From: Macrostomum lignano
Taxonomy: Eukaryota
DNA length: 24,617 nt
NCBI GenBank assembly: GCA_002269645.1
Contig: NIVC01001484.1
Location: 179,346 to 203,962 of the forward strand
Direction: 5' to 3'
Below are positions 1 through 15,985 of the stretch, piece after piece. A program made the translations under genes and the position numbers. The notes below the pieces were generated by a model. It did no database searches. It was not told where the DNA came from and was given only the letters and a program-made list of their open reading frames with translations. Position 1 is the first letter of the stretch. Each line of letters begins with the position of its first letter.

Positions 1-106
1 TTTATTATTTGAATTCTTGCATGTAGAAATTGCTTCGCAATTTCGCCTAACGATTCCGATTTTTACAGCATCGATTTTTAGGGACACCACAGCAGGAGCC
101 GTCACC

Positions 107-1995
107 ATGACTGACGCCTTCATCGACGCCTACTTCGCCATCGACACTGAGGGCAAGGGCGAGATCACCAGTGCTCAGCTCACTCGCTACATGCGCCAAA
201 ACAACTATGATGAAGCTTTCGTTCGGGTGAGATGCGTTTTGTGAAGCATTTTTGGGGCTGAATTACACCGGGTTCAGGCAGTGAATATCGTCACAGAACC
301 AGCGCCTGTACGCAAGCATGCATCATACACACACTCACACAGGGTGTACACCATCCTTGTCTATTGTACATGTACATGGTCACTGTGTCTTAAGGGCTGG
401 AATTCATGGGTGTGAATCGTACGACAACCCAACGACAGCCAATTTTCGTGCAAAAGCCCCAAATGAATTTGGTTGCACACGTAATCGGACCAGGGATCGT
501 GGCGCGAGAGGCCTCTCCCCAATTTAATTGACACCTCTGGTTTAAAATCAATGTTTTGCTTTTAAACAAGTATTCGCAGATTTTACAGACTAGCAGCTTT
601 CAGTTGCAGCTTCTAATCTTTCAATCCGATTTCTTATGGAGAGTCAATTTCAACACAGTTTTCATAGCCAAAAACACCCCATCATGGGACGAATCTTGAC
701 GAACAGTATTATTAATAACTACATGTATTCAAGGGAAGATGGTGCAATGAGCAAAATTGCTAACTTTAATTGTATATCGCCACCACTCGGAACAATTTCC
801 ATGGCTGCTTCAAAAAATTGCAGAAATGGCTGAAGCTGTTTGACTCGGACAATTCCGGCACCATCACCCTGGATGAGTACTGCCAGACCCTGGGCCTCGA
901 GGCCAAGAAGGTCAAGGCAGATTACATCGCCAAAATGCGCTCTGGAAGCCTGCCAAGCGACATCACGGTGATCTCCTCCGATATGACCCTGGAGCTGCAG
1001 CTGCGAATCATCGAGATTGTACGCGACGGACAACGGCTCAACAGCATGGAGAAGGTGAGCAGCAATTATAATCAAAAGCTGCTTAGCGTTAATCATTGTT
1101 TTCAGAGTCCGGAGGCTGGTTGCACCCTGGTGAACTTTAAGCGACATTGTCACACAACCGGTGAAAGGCATTACTCCCCTCCCCTGAGCAGGCACACAAG
1201 CGCCAGATGCGTACGCAGTCATACGCACAGGTACACACACACAGGAGTGTACAGCAGCCCTAACTTTATTTAACGATAGTAATAATAATAATAATAATTG
1301 ATTGCACCTGCCCCAGCTGGGCCAGATGTGCAACCGACAGCTCAGCCGCAGCCATTGCGCGCGCATCTGAAGTCTGCGTACGGCTGTTCAGTCCAGGGAC
1401 TGGGGGGTCGCCACAACCATCCACAATTGCCCCAGCTAATGCTGGTACTTATTTTACAGCTGGGGTGAATTGCACCAGTGCAGAGTTAGTGTCTTGCTCA
1501 AGGACATAAATGTTCCAGTGAAATTGGAAATCGAACCCCTGACTTTCAAGTCGTGAATCAATGCTCTCACCACTAGACTACAACCCCGTTATTGTTAGGC
1601 ATGTACACTTCACTGTGCCTTGAGGTTTGGCCCTCAAGGCGTTTTATGCACGAGCAGAGCAAAGCCGAGATTCAAATTTAGCCCCAAACTAATGCGACTG
1701 CACTTGGAATCGAGTCTAGGCCGCTGGCACATCAGAGCGCCGCGCTAGACAACTAGGTTGCGCCCCCCCCCCTACCGTTTAACTTCACAATTAATATAAT
1801 AAAATCAACATTTCAAACCGCCAGGACATGGCCAAGTACATCAAACAGCAGTGCGACGCCAAGATGGAGCGCCTTTGGCACGTGGTGATCATCAACGGCC
1901 AGTTCTGGTGCTGGTACTCGCACGAGCCGGGCTATTCGTTCATTTTCCGCCTGGGAAAGTACATCTTCTGCATCTGGCGCACGCCCGGATACTAA
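107..1995 (+). CDS. EF-hand + dynein light chain-like protein (flatworm tegumental allergen-like/TAL family), 3 exons, 173 aa
   Basis: Exons 107-226, 824-1054 and 1825-1995 are joined by GT..AG phase-0 introns (cgg|gtgag..ttgcag|aaa; aag|gtgag..cgccag|gac). Protein: MTDAFIDAYFAIDTEGKGEITSAQL (EF1) ... KWLKLFDSDNSGTITLDEYC (canonical EF2) ... LPSDITVISSDMTLELQLRII ... DMAKYIKQQCDAKMERLWHVVIINGQFWCWYSHEPGYSFIFRLGKYIFCIWRTPGY* (DLC-like C-terminus). Exon 3 is absent from the ORF track. Confidence 0.93.
254..358. repeat. Short degenerate dispersed repeat/MITE-like copy in TAL intron 1
   Basis: Shares colinear motifs with 1112-1262 (acacc..gg, tgtcacacaacc/cgtcacagaacc, agcgcc, cacacacagg, gtgtaca). 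Ends are weakly inverted (gggctg..tacacc / gtgtacaccatcc). Confidence 0.4.
1112..1262. repeat. Short degenerate dispersed repeat/MITE-like copy in TAL intron 2
   Basis: Imperfect inverted ends (gaggctggttgcaccctg vs reverse complement of caggagtgtacagcagcccta); similar to 254-358. No TSD found. Confidence 0.4.
1278..1587 (-). mobile_element. tRNA-derived SINE with a MetaSINE-like central domain and (TTA)n tail
   Basis: On the minus strand: A box TAGTCTAGTGG (1580-1570) and B box GGTTCGATTTCC (1537-1526). These are followed by TGTCCTTGAGCAAGACACTAACTCTGCAC...CACCCCAGCTGTAAAATAAGTACC (1506-1441), which resembles the MetaSINE core as I recall it, and a (TTA)n tail at 1298-1278. Confidence 0.8.
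1693..1772 (-). mobile_element. Second, more degenerate tRNA-derived SINE head
   Basis: Minus strand GGGGGCGCAACCTAGTTGTCTAGCGCGGCGCTCTGATGTGCCAGCGGCCTAGACTCGATTCC has A-box-like and B-box-like (GACTCGATTCC) motifs at tRNA spacing. Confidence 0.45.
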
Positions 1996-3014
1996 TCCGA
2001 CTGCATGGATCTGCATTAGGGCTGTAGGCAGGCACTACTATTAAATCAACTCATTCAAACAAAACTGCTTTGTACATGTACGTTATTGTTAAACTGGTTT
2101 CAAACCCAATTGAAGGGCAATTTAATTTAAGCGATCTTTAATGAAAAAAATGATTTTTTGTGATCTTTGTTCAGTTTTTTATCGATTCATTAACACCCTT
2201 GTCATCCATCTAGCTTTTTCTTGATAATGAACAGTTTATAATACAAATACAAAAGCTAAATAATCTCGCACTTGTCTGTGACGTCAGAAATCTGTCGCAA
2301 TTAATCAAAAGATAAGGGACTTTCTTCATTTTCCTCACGTTTTTCGCAACTCAACTCCTAAATAAGAGCTTTGACACGACTCTACACGGGATCCTCACCT
2401 GATGAGGCGGCACAGAAAGTCCTGACGAAGGTTCTGTCAAGCATCTGCAATGGTCTGGAGCAGCTGCACACCTTTCTTCAGTGGACTATTTCTCGTATGC
2501 TGCGCTTGAGAAGTCCCAGACAGGCTCGATGGGGTTCACCGACTTTGAGCATTCCAACAGCTCGCCATCATCCAGCATTCATCATTTGCCGCAAAAAATT
2601 AGCAATCATGTCTGTAAATTGGACTTTTTACCTTTACACACACAAGCGAAGGCCCTACTAGTGTGACAATAAACTTTAGCATGCCATAAGTTGGGTAACT
2701 CGCAGTGAGAACTGCGAAGAATGTCGACTTGCATGGAGGGAGGAACTTTTGACTGTTATTGAGTATACGCCCGATTTTGTAATGTGGGACTTTACGCTCG
2801 TACTTCGCTTTGTCAATGCTGGAAAATGAAAACTCAAATCAACATAATAATTAATTAGTGCAGGCTTTAAATTGCAAAAGAAATAAATGGAAATTGTCAC
2901 ACCACCATACGAGGTAACATACGAGGGTGGTTGAAAGGACGAAACGGGAAATCAGGGGCAGTCAGAGATCAGAAGACAAGAGAATAGATAAACCAGCATC
3001 CACAGTAGAAGATC

Positions 3015-3492
3015 CCTACTGTCTTCAAGGCTGTTCTGCTCTACAATCCTGAGACCTGGACCCTGACGGATGCTCTACTAGCTAGACACAACGCACTCTG
3101 CGATGCTGCGCTCTGCGTTCGGTGTGCGCTGCGGCCCGGGCTCGTCGTGCTCTACAGTGGGGCCCTCATAACGCGGCATTCTGACCTGCTGCGCAAGAAG
3201 GCGACTCAGGCTCGCTGGCCGCGTCATCCGATCGGAGAGTCGCTGCCGCAAGCCGTTACACGACCTGCTATTGTGGACGGCGGCACAGCGGAGACAAGAC
3301 CAGGGGGCGAACGACGCGCTACGAGCGTACCCCGAGCTTCTTCTGTGCGATGCGCGAGCCCTGCTCCGCTTCTGACTTGGGGAGCTGACTTTTTAGGAGT
3401 GCGACCCAAAGGCGTGTGCTCTGACACCCCCTCTGAGGCCACTTGTTGCCGGCGTGAGGTTTGTTTGTTGTTTTTCTTCTTCTTCTTCTTTA
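3015..3492 (+). mobile_element. Degenerate 3' fragment of an RTE-like non-LTR retrotransposon (RT C-terminal region)
   Basis: Translation across frameshifts gives TVFKAVLLYNPETWTLTDAL and LLRK.RLRLAGRVIRSE...LHDLLLWT, matching the RTE-type 'LLYG.ETWTL' and 'RRLR.AGHV.R' motifs. It ends in a ttgt/(ttc)n simple tail at about 3460-3492. Confidence 0.7.
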
Positions 3493-3953
3493 ACTGCTAA
3501 GACGCAACACCAACGAATGGCAGAATAACTAACGGCAGAATAACATCAGAATTTACTGGTCTCTTTGATCTTCTTATCTCCATTCCGGACAACTTTTTCA
3601 GCCACTTTTTCAGTTTTGATAATACATTTGGATAGCCACTGTTATAAACTTTTTGAAAATGGTAAAGGCAGACCGAAACCCGTCGCACTAAATACGAGTA
3701 CAATGTTGCTTTGTGTGTTATTTTTTCTAGTAAATTAATAATGCTCTTGTTTTATTTATCAAGTCTGACAATCGAAAATAAAACAAATATTCTACAAAGC
3801 AGCAGTTTAAAAAGCTACGTGACTACTCGTGTAGCGTATGCAAAGAATCAAACGTAAAGCATGATCACTATATGAGCAAAAGGTTAATTCACTTGTCAGG
3901 GCATAACTACATGTACATAAACCAGCCCGAAATCACATTCAACAGCTTATGGG

Positions 3954-9330
<5,377 letters not shown>

Positions 9331-9782
9331 CCTTGGACCGAGCTGTTAATCTGTGTGCTGTCTAAAAGCTCGAATTCGGATAAAAGCCGACACTCATCTG
9401 GATGAAGCGCAAGAAGCAACTTTTTTTTTCAGCTCTGCCTTTTCTGTTCTGGTTGCCAAGGCCCGGCCAGCCCTGCCTCTCGCCCACCTGCGTCTGTTTT
9501 GCAGTTTTCTCTCGCTCGCCCGAGCAGAGTGGAGAGGGGGTTGCCTGTCGGGCTGCAGCAACGCTCGACGGCTGTTTAGTGAATGCGAAACAGCCCTTTT
9601 AAGCGTACAGTTTTGAAGGAAAGACTTAAACGTTTACAGTTTGCTAAGCAGCTCGCTGGCTTGTGCAGTTCAGTTTTTTTGTGCGCGTGCAGGACCGTCA
9701 GAGGGCTAACGGCGCTGTCAAACTTGGTGTCAGTGACGCAGAGAAGCTCGAGACAATCATTCAGTGTCGCAATAGTGCAAAA

Positions 9783-10677
9783 TGGTTCAATCAGCTCCAT
9801 AATGTGGGGTGCAATCAGCTCCATTGTGGGGGTGCAATCAGCTCCATAGTGGGGTGCAATCAGCTCCATAATGTGGGGTGCAATCATCTCCAAAATATGG
9901 GTTGCAATCAGCTCCATAATGTGGGGTGCAATCAGCTCCATAATGTGGAGTGCAATCATCTCCAAAATATGGGTTGCAATCAGCTCCATATTGGGGTGCA
10001 ATCAGCTCCTTAGTATGGGTGCAATCAGCTCCTTAGTATGGGTGCAATCAGCTCAATTGTGTGGTGCAATCAGCTCCATAGTGTGGGTGCAATCAGCTCC
10101 ATAATGTGGGGTGCAATCAGCTCCATAGTGTGGGTGCAATCAGCTCCATAATGTGGGGTGCAATCAGCTCCATAGTGTGGGTGCAATCAGCTCCATAATG
10201 TGGGGTGCAATCGTCTCCAAAATATGGGTTGCAATCAGCTCCATATTGGGGTGCAATCAGCTCCATAATGTGGGGTGCAATCATCTCCAAAATATGGGTT
10301 GCAATCAGCTCCATAATGTGGGGTGCAATCAGCTCCATAATGTGGGGTGCAATCATCTCCAAAATATGGGTTGCAATCAGCTCCATATTGGGGTGCAATC
10401 AGCTCCTTAGTATGGGTGCAATCAGCTCCATAATGTGGGGTGCAATCAGCTCCATAATGTGGGGTGCAATCAGCTCCATATTGGGGTGCAATCAGCTCCA
10501 TAATGTGGGGTGCAATCAGCTCCATAATATGGGTTGCAATCAGCTTCATTGTGTGGGTGCAATCAGCTCGATAATGTGGGGTGCAATCAGCTCCATATTG
10601 GGGTGCAATCAGCTCCATTGTGGGGGTGCAATCAGCTCCATATTGGGATGCAATCAGCTCCAAAATGTGGGTGTGGC
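9783..10677. repeat. 24-bp minisatellite (GTGCAATCAGCTCCATAATGTGGG) with variant units
   Basis: Tandem units of 22-26 bp share a TGCAATCAGCTCC core; no unique spacers. Confidence 0.95.
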
Positions 10678-10954
10678 TCCGAAATTAGAAACTCTGGCTT
10701 ATTGGCTAATTGATTGGGGTTCTTTGTCTCGCTAATAAATATGAACTGGATCCCAGCGTTACTCACGCTGCACGGATTCGAGCCTCTGTCCTGTGCGATT
10801 TCAGCTGCAGTTAATGTGAGAACGATGGTCTCATCGCGTCGGAAGCAACAAAGACCGAAGTGTCGGCGCCGCGCACCACAAGCCGCACCTGATGTTGAAG
10901 ACGCTTTGTACTCAGGTAGTGCAATGAGTGTCTTTACGTCTAGGGTATATGAGA

Positions 10955-11190
10955 GGGTGTCTGCCTGTCTTAAGGTACGTGGAGCATTGGAGTGTGTTTG
11001 TCTACCTGTCCTGAGGTATTTGGGGCATTGGAATGGTTGTCTACCTGTCCTGAGGTATGTGGATGGTTGTCTACCTGTCTTGAGGTATGTGGGTGGTTGT
11101 CTACCTGTCTTGAGGTATTTGGATGGGTTTCTAATTGTCTTGAGGTATGTGGATGGTTGTCTACCTGTCTTGAGGTATGTGGATGGGTGG
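10955..11190. repeat. 39/30-bp minisatellite (GGTTGTCTACCTGTCTTGAGGTATGTGGG[GCATTGGAAT]), left array
   Basis: Direct reading; same family as 23190-23748. Confidence 0.93.
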
Positions 11191-11316
11191 ATGGGCGTCG
11201 ACATCCTCCTCGAGTGGATTAAAAGTAACGGGGAAAACACAAAGGGAACCATAAAAAGTGACTAACAGTTCGTGCATATGCAGTCCATTTAAGAGACAGT
11301 CAGTAAATCAAGTCGA

Positions 11317-13535
11317 TCAGCTTCTGCGCAGGTCGGGCTCTTTGTAGTTCCTCTCCGGGTCCTTTGCTTGCCGGGGATGCGGCCGGGCGGCGATCGGCTC
11401 CATGGGCTCAGGGAGGCCAGGCGGCAAGAGCGGCTTCTCATCGGACTGCTTAGACTGCTCGGACAGCCGCTTGACCTGCGTGGCATGCCTGCGGCAGACG
11501 ACGTCGTCGCGCTGCATGAGCAGGGAGTCGCCCTGGACCTCGGCCACAGTTTATGGTACTGACTCATAGAAGGCGTCGGTCTTCTGCCGGGATTGCAGAC
11601 GCCTCAGAACGCGGTCGCCCGGACGGATGGCGTGGTCTGCTGCGACGCCTGTGGTGCAGTGTGGAGTGCGCCTGTACGCTGCCAGGTATTCCTCCAAGGC
11701 CAGCGTCCAGTGCCGACCTTCGAGGACCGCCGCGCGAATGGCCTTGTTTAGCCCCTAGTTGCACCGCTCCGTTGCGCCGTTTGCCGGAGGGTAGAGAGGC
11801 GTGATTCGATGGTGCCGGGCGTCCTGATCCGCCAGGAAGCTGCTGAACTCGGCCGATGCGAAGGGCGGGCCGTTGTCCGTAGTTACCTTCGTCGGCTGCC
11901 CGAAGATGCTAAACCACCGGCGCAGCACCTTGATGACGGCGGAGGCGGTGGTGCTGGGCATGACCTCCACGAGCGGGAACCTGGAGAAGTGGTCGGTGCA
12001 GACGAGCAGAGACTTGCCGCTTACCGGTCCGAGGAAGTCCAGCCCCAGCTCGAGCCAGGGGCCCTCCGGTAGTTCGGTCGGCTTGAGCGGCGTGGTTTTC
12101 GGCGAGGTTTCGCGGGTGCAGGCCTGGCAGCTGATGCAGGCTGCCACGTGCGCCCCCACGGATGCTCGCATGCCAGGCCACGAGACCTTCGGTTGTAGGC
12201 GGTCCAGCGTTTTTCTGACGCCCTGGTGGCCCTAGTGGGCCAGCTGCAGGCACCGGTACCGCAGAGCCGTCGGCATGTACAGTTGGCTGCGGCACAGCAG
12301 CAGGCCGTCCAGCTCGGACAACTCGTGGGCCCGCCGTGCAGTCCCTGTAGGCTCAGGTCGCTCTTGTCCCACTGGTTCCCGCGGATGGCGTGCAAAGCTG
12401 CTTGGACGGTGGAATCTTGGTCGGAGGCGGCCTTCATGGTGGCCAGGCTGATGGACACCGGGGTGGCCGCCCGCACTGCCGTGGCCACGTAGATCGCATC
12501 CGCCTGCTCGCCGACGTTGTTCGGCGGCATTGGCAGCGGCTGGCGGCTCAGGAAGTCGGACGGGCTGATAAACCACTTGGAAGACCAGGTCTTGCAGTCG
12601 CAGCGCCATGCGCTCAATGCGGGGCGGCGGCCGCGACCCCGGGCTGAACAGGGATACCAGCGGCTTGTGGTCGGTGATCACCTTGAAGCTGCCGCCGCCG
12701 CTGAGGTAGTGATGAAACTTCAGGCCGCCTCTTAATTCACTAATTCACTGCGAGCGCCTCCCGCTCCGTCTGGGAGTAGCGCTGCTCGGTCGGGCTCAGG
12801 CTGCGGCTCGCGTACGCCACCGGCCGCGTCGATCCGTCAGGTTGGACTTGGGCGAGGATGGCGCCGACGCCCGTGGGGCTGGCGTCCACGATTAGCTGGA
12901 TCGGAAGCTTGCTGTTGAAGAATGCCAGCGCCTCGCTGCTGGCGATCGTTTGCTTGATGTCCTTGAACGCGGCCTCCTGTTGCTCGCCCCATGTCCACTC
13001 GGCAGCCTGCCGGGTCAGCTCTCGGAGCGGCCGGGCCCTGTCGGACAGGTTGCTGATAAAGCGCGCCACGAAGTTGACGAGGCCGAGGAACGAGCGGACC
13101 TCGGTCGCGTTGGTCGGCCGCTTGAAACTGTTGATGGCCGCCACTTTCTCGGTGCTGGGGTGAATTCCGACTGCCGACTATCGACTCGCCTTCGTCCTGC
13201 ACGCACTGGCGGAATTGGTAGCGGAGAAACACAATGTTGTCGCGACCTTGGAAATGCTTGGTGAGCAGCGTGATCAGCTGGTCGACCGTGGGTTCGACTG
13301 TAGGCTCGCCTTCTGTTGTGTCGGTCTCTGTTGCTATGATCTCGCTATACAGGTCGCTTACTTCTTTGCCTGCCGTGTATAGGAGGATCTGGCGTTTCTG
13401 TGTCTCGTTCGTGATGCCCGTGGCCGCCAGGTAGCGCAGAAGGTTGGTTGACCACTCCTGCCGGCGCTTACTTGTGGAGTGGGGGTCGTCTCTAATGCTA
13501 AAGTTACCTGGGGCCGGCAGTTGTAGGAAGGCCAT
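11317..13535 (-). pseudogene. Gypsy gag-pol remnant: gag N-terminus, RT tail, RNase H and integrase, with stops, frameshifts and a large deletion
   Basis: gag: RYLAATGITNETQKRQILLYTAG...FLRYQF. RT end: GIHPSTEKVAAI...EVRSFLGLVNF. RNase H: IVDASPTGVGAILAQ...VAYASRSL...RYSQTEREALAV...ITDHKPL. Integrase: H*GHQG...CISCQ...PW..LGLDF...DHFSRF...TDNGPPF...NGATER. In-frame stops at 12232-12234 and 11755-11757. Confidence 0.93.
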
Positions 13536-13556
13536 GGTTCAGCCTTGCGACGCCAA

Positions 13557-13618
13557 TGTAATGACTCAGGAGTCAGGTCTTAACCCTCCAAGTAGGGTGA
13601 GACAATATTTATATATTT
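13557..13618 (-). repeat. Gypsy 5' LTR, PBS-proximal piece (62 bp)
   Basis: Starts TGTAATG on +, so it ends CATTACA on minus, immediately before the PBS. It is cut at TT by the CACTA left TIR. Confidence 0.8.
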
Positions 13619-14684
13619 CCCAGTGGGACAACTAAGTGGGGCGTACAGTGGGCGGTGTGCGCCCTCGCGACCGCCTGTGAGGGCAGTCAGTAAATATTTT
13701 TATTTTCACTTTACAATGAAGGATGATCTGATTTTTCAATGAGAAATTGTGATTTTGTAATCGTGATACTTTATTTCGCCTTAATAAGTACGATTTTTTA
13801 AATCCTAATCGAAGCCGCCCGGTGATCGCCCGGCGGCCTATGAGGCGGCAACCTAAATTTGGCATGTTTCATGTTCCAGGCAGCTTTATTTAATAGCATT
13901 GCCCTTACAGCTTAGCGGGAGAACCGTTTTTTATCACAATAATAGGTGACTACTCTTTACAATAAACGTTAGGGAAATATTTGCTGTTGCCTAGTGCCAA
14001 CATTGTGAAATTATTTTTCCGGAAAGATGTGTAGAGTTTCATAAAAATTTAAATGCGCATCAGACTACTTTTAGTAGCGTAGAGTTGCAGGCCCCCGAGA
14101 ACAAATTTTTGTTTACAGTCGAAAGAAGATTAAAAGCATCAAATAGACGATAAATATTAAATATTTGCGCTTTTAGAAAGTGAGCTTGTCTTTGCCATCT
14201 ATTTTTAATTGCTGCTAAACCTGCTGATCGAACATGCCGGCTTAAAATGCCCCTTAGAAGTAGAATTAAGTGCTCCTCACTGGGTGAAACTACGAGTAGT
14301 GTCTGCAATGCTTGACTTCATGCTGTTCCTGTTGGCCAGAAATCCATAATCAATGATCTGAAAAATGCTGCAGCAGCTGTTACAGCTTTGAGTAGTGTCC
14401 ACTAAAATCGCAGATTTTTTATTCCTGGATGCCGTTGCGCAGCTTGGATATTTCTCTGCAGGCAAAACTAACTATTGATTATTTATATATTTGTTTTGGT
14501 GAAAACACGCTGCTTTAACATCTGGAATTTAAACCCACAGAATTTGGAACCCTGTATCTCTTTTGCTTCTTTGATTTAAAATCTAACAAAAAATATTTAA
14601 ATAGCTAGTGCAATGGAAGTTAGGAAAAACCAAACAAGGTCTACGATTTCGATTCCGTCGGTTTATTTAAGCAAGATTCTACTG

Positions 14685-15005
14685 TCTCTTTTTCTCTCCA
14701 TCTGTCCTCTCTCAACCTATTCCTCACAGTCCCTTCTATCTGTCTACTCTCCTCTCTCCCTTTGTTCACACTGTTCTCCTCCCCCCTTCGATCTGTCTAT
14801 ACTCTCACTCTGTTATCCCGGTCTTCTCTTCCGCTGTACCCTTTTTTCATCCTCCCTCTCTTGCATCTGCCCTGCATCCCTTTCATCTGTCCTCTCTGCT
14901 GCTCTATCTGTCTTCTTGTCTACTGCTTTTTCATCTCTTCTCTCTCCCTCTGTTTTCTATAGCTTTCTATGTTTCCCTGTTTTCTCTAACTGCTCTACTA
15001 CTCCA
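14685..15005. repeat. CT-rich (polypyrimidine) low-complexity tract
   Basis: Direct reading. Confidence 0.85.
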
Positions 15006-15267
15006 CAGGCAAAAGAATAGATAAAAATCAGGCAAACTTCACATGCTCATAGTTTCTGTCCTGTCCTGATTGAGTTATGAAGCTGAGACTCCATGTTTAG
15101 ACAGAAAACATATCAAGGCGCAATCGACTCAAGTTTGAAATAAATATATTTATTTGGGGCAAAGTTATGGCAGTCTAAATTGGCCAGGGAAGTAAGAGCT
15201 AGGTAATCCGACCTATTGGCTCGCTGTGCTGCGCTGCGAGAAGCAAAGCTGACTCAAAGCTTTAACC

Positions 15268-15312
15268 CAGAGGCTGGCAAACTTTTTTCCTCAAGGGCCA
15301 GATGAAAAATCC
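15268..15312 (+). mobile_element. Possible single end of a hAT/Charlie-like MITE
   Basis: CAGAGGCTGGCAAACTTTTTTCCTCAAGGGCCAGAT resembles MER58-type ends as I recall them. No convincing partner end or TSD was found. Confidence 0.35.
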
Positions 15313-15329
15313 AGTGCAAGCTCATGAGA

Positions 15330-15985
15330 CATGAGAGACAGAGAGAGATGAGATAAGAAAGAAGACAAGAGGAGAAAAGAGGGAAGAGACGAGAGAAGGG
15401 AGAGAAGGAGGAGAGGAGAGAAGGAAGAGAAAGAAGAAATAGGGAGAGAGGAGAGAGGGTAGAGAGGAGAAGGGTAGAGAGGAGAGAGGGTAGAAAAGAG
15501 AGAGGGTAGAGAAGAGAGGGTAGAGAGGAGAGAGGGTAGAGAAGAGAGAGGGTAGAGAAGAGAGAGGGTAGAGAGGAGAGGGTAGAGAGGAGAGAGGGTA
15601 GAGAAGAGAGAGGGTAGAGAAGAGAGAGGGTAGAGAAGAGAGAGGGTAGAGAAGAGAGAGGGTAGAGAAAAGAGAGGGTAGAGAAGAGAGGGTAGAGAGG
15701 AGAGATGGTAGAGAAGAGAGAGGGTAGAGAAGAGAGAGGGTAGAGAAAAGAGAGGGTAGAGAAGAGAGAGGGTAGAGAAGAGAGGGTAGAGAGGAGAGAT
15801 GGTAGAGAAGAGAGAGGGTAGAGAAGAGAGAGGGTAGAGAAAGAGAGGGTAGAGAAGAGAGAGGGTAGAGAAGAGAGGGTAGAGAAGAGAGGGTAGAGAG
15901 GAGAGAGGGTAGAGAAGAGAGAGGGTAGAGAAGAGAGGGTAGAGAAGAGAGGGTAGAAAGGAGAGAGGGTAGAGAGGATAGAGGA
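15330..15985. repeat. GA-rich (polypurine) satellite, core GAGGGTAGAGAAGAGA, 16-18-bp units
   Basis: Direct reading. Confidence 0.95.

Noticed and set aside
719-1366. 215-aa minus-strand ORF
   Set aside because: Antisense shadow of TAL exon 2 plus SINE and intron sequence; no domain signal.
1526-1772. Two tRNA-like sequences as tRNA genes
   Set aside because: A and B boxes are present, but I could not fold a proper cloverleaf, and the first continues into a SINE body and tail.
2371-2666. Overlapping short ORFs or a possible exon
   Set aside because: No recognisable motif. The minus-strand stretch before the gtgag donor is closed in all three frames, and no partner exons were found.
9783-10677. 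CRISPR-like array
   Set aside because: Contiguous tandem units with no unique spacers, no cas genes, and a eukaryotic context. The same applies to 10955-11190, 23190-23748 and 24070-24617.
10714-11265. 183-aa ORF or possible exon at about 10811-10915
   Set aside because: The second half is minisatellite, and the first half has no recognisable motif and no exons to splice to.
13557-13647. A 91-bp 'mini-LTR' starting TGTACGCCC on minus
   Set aside because: It crosses the CACTA TIR; the TIR/TSD model gives a better LTR with 7-bp inverted ends at 23189.
11297-13695. 12-bp match CAGTCAGTAAAT (11297-11308 and 13684-13695) as paired LTR edges
   Set aside because: Similarity does not extend, and the second copy lies inside the CACTA.
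14060-14465. Third CACTA gene
   Set aside because: Short ORFs in different frames, no consistent exon chain, no motif.
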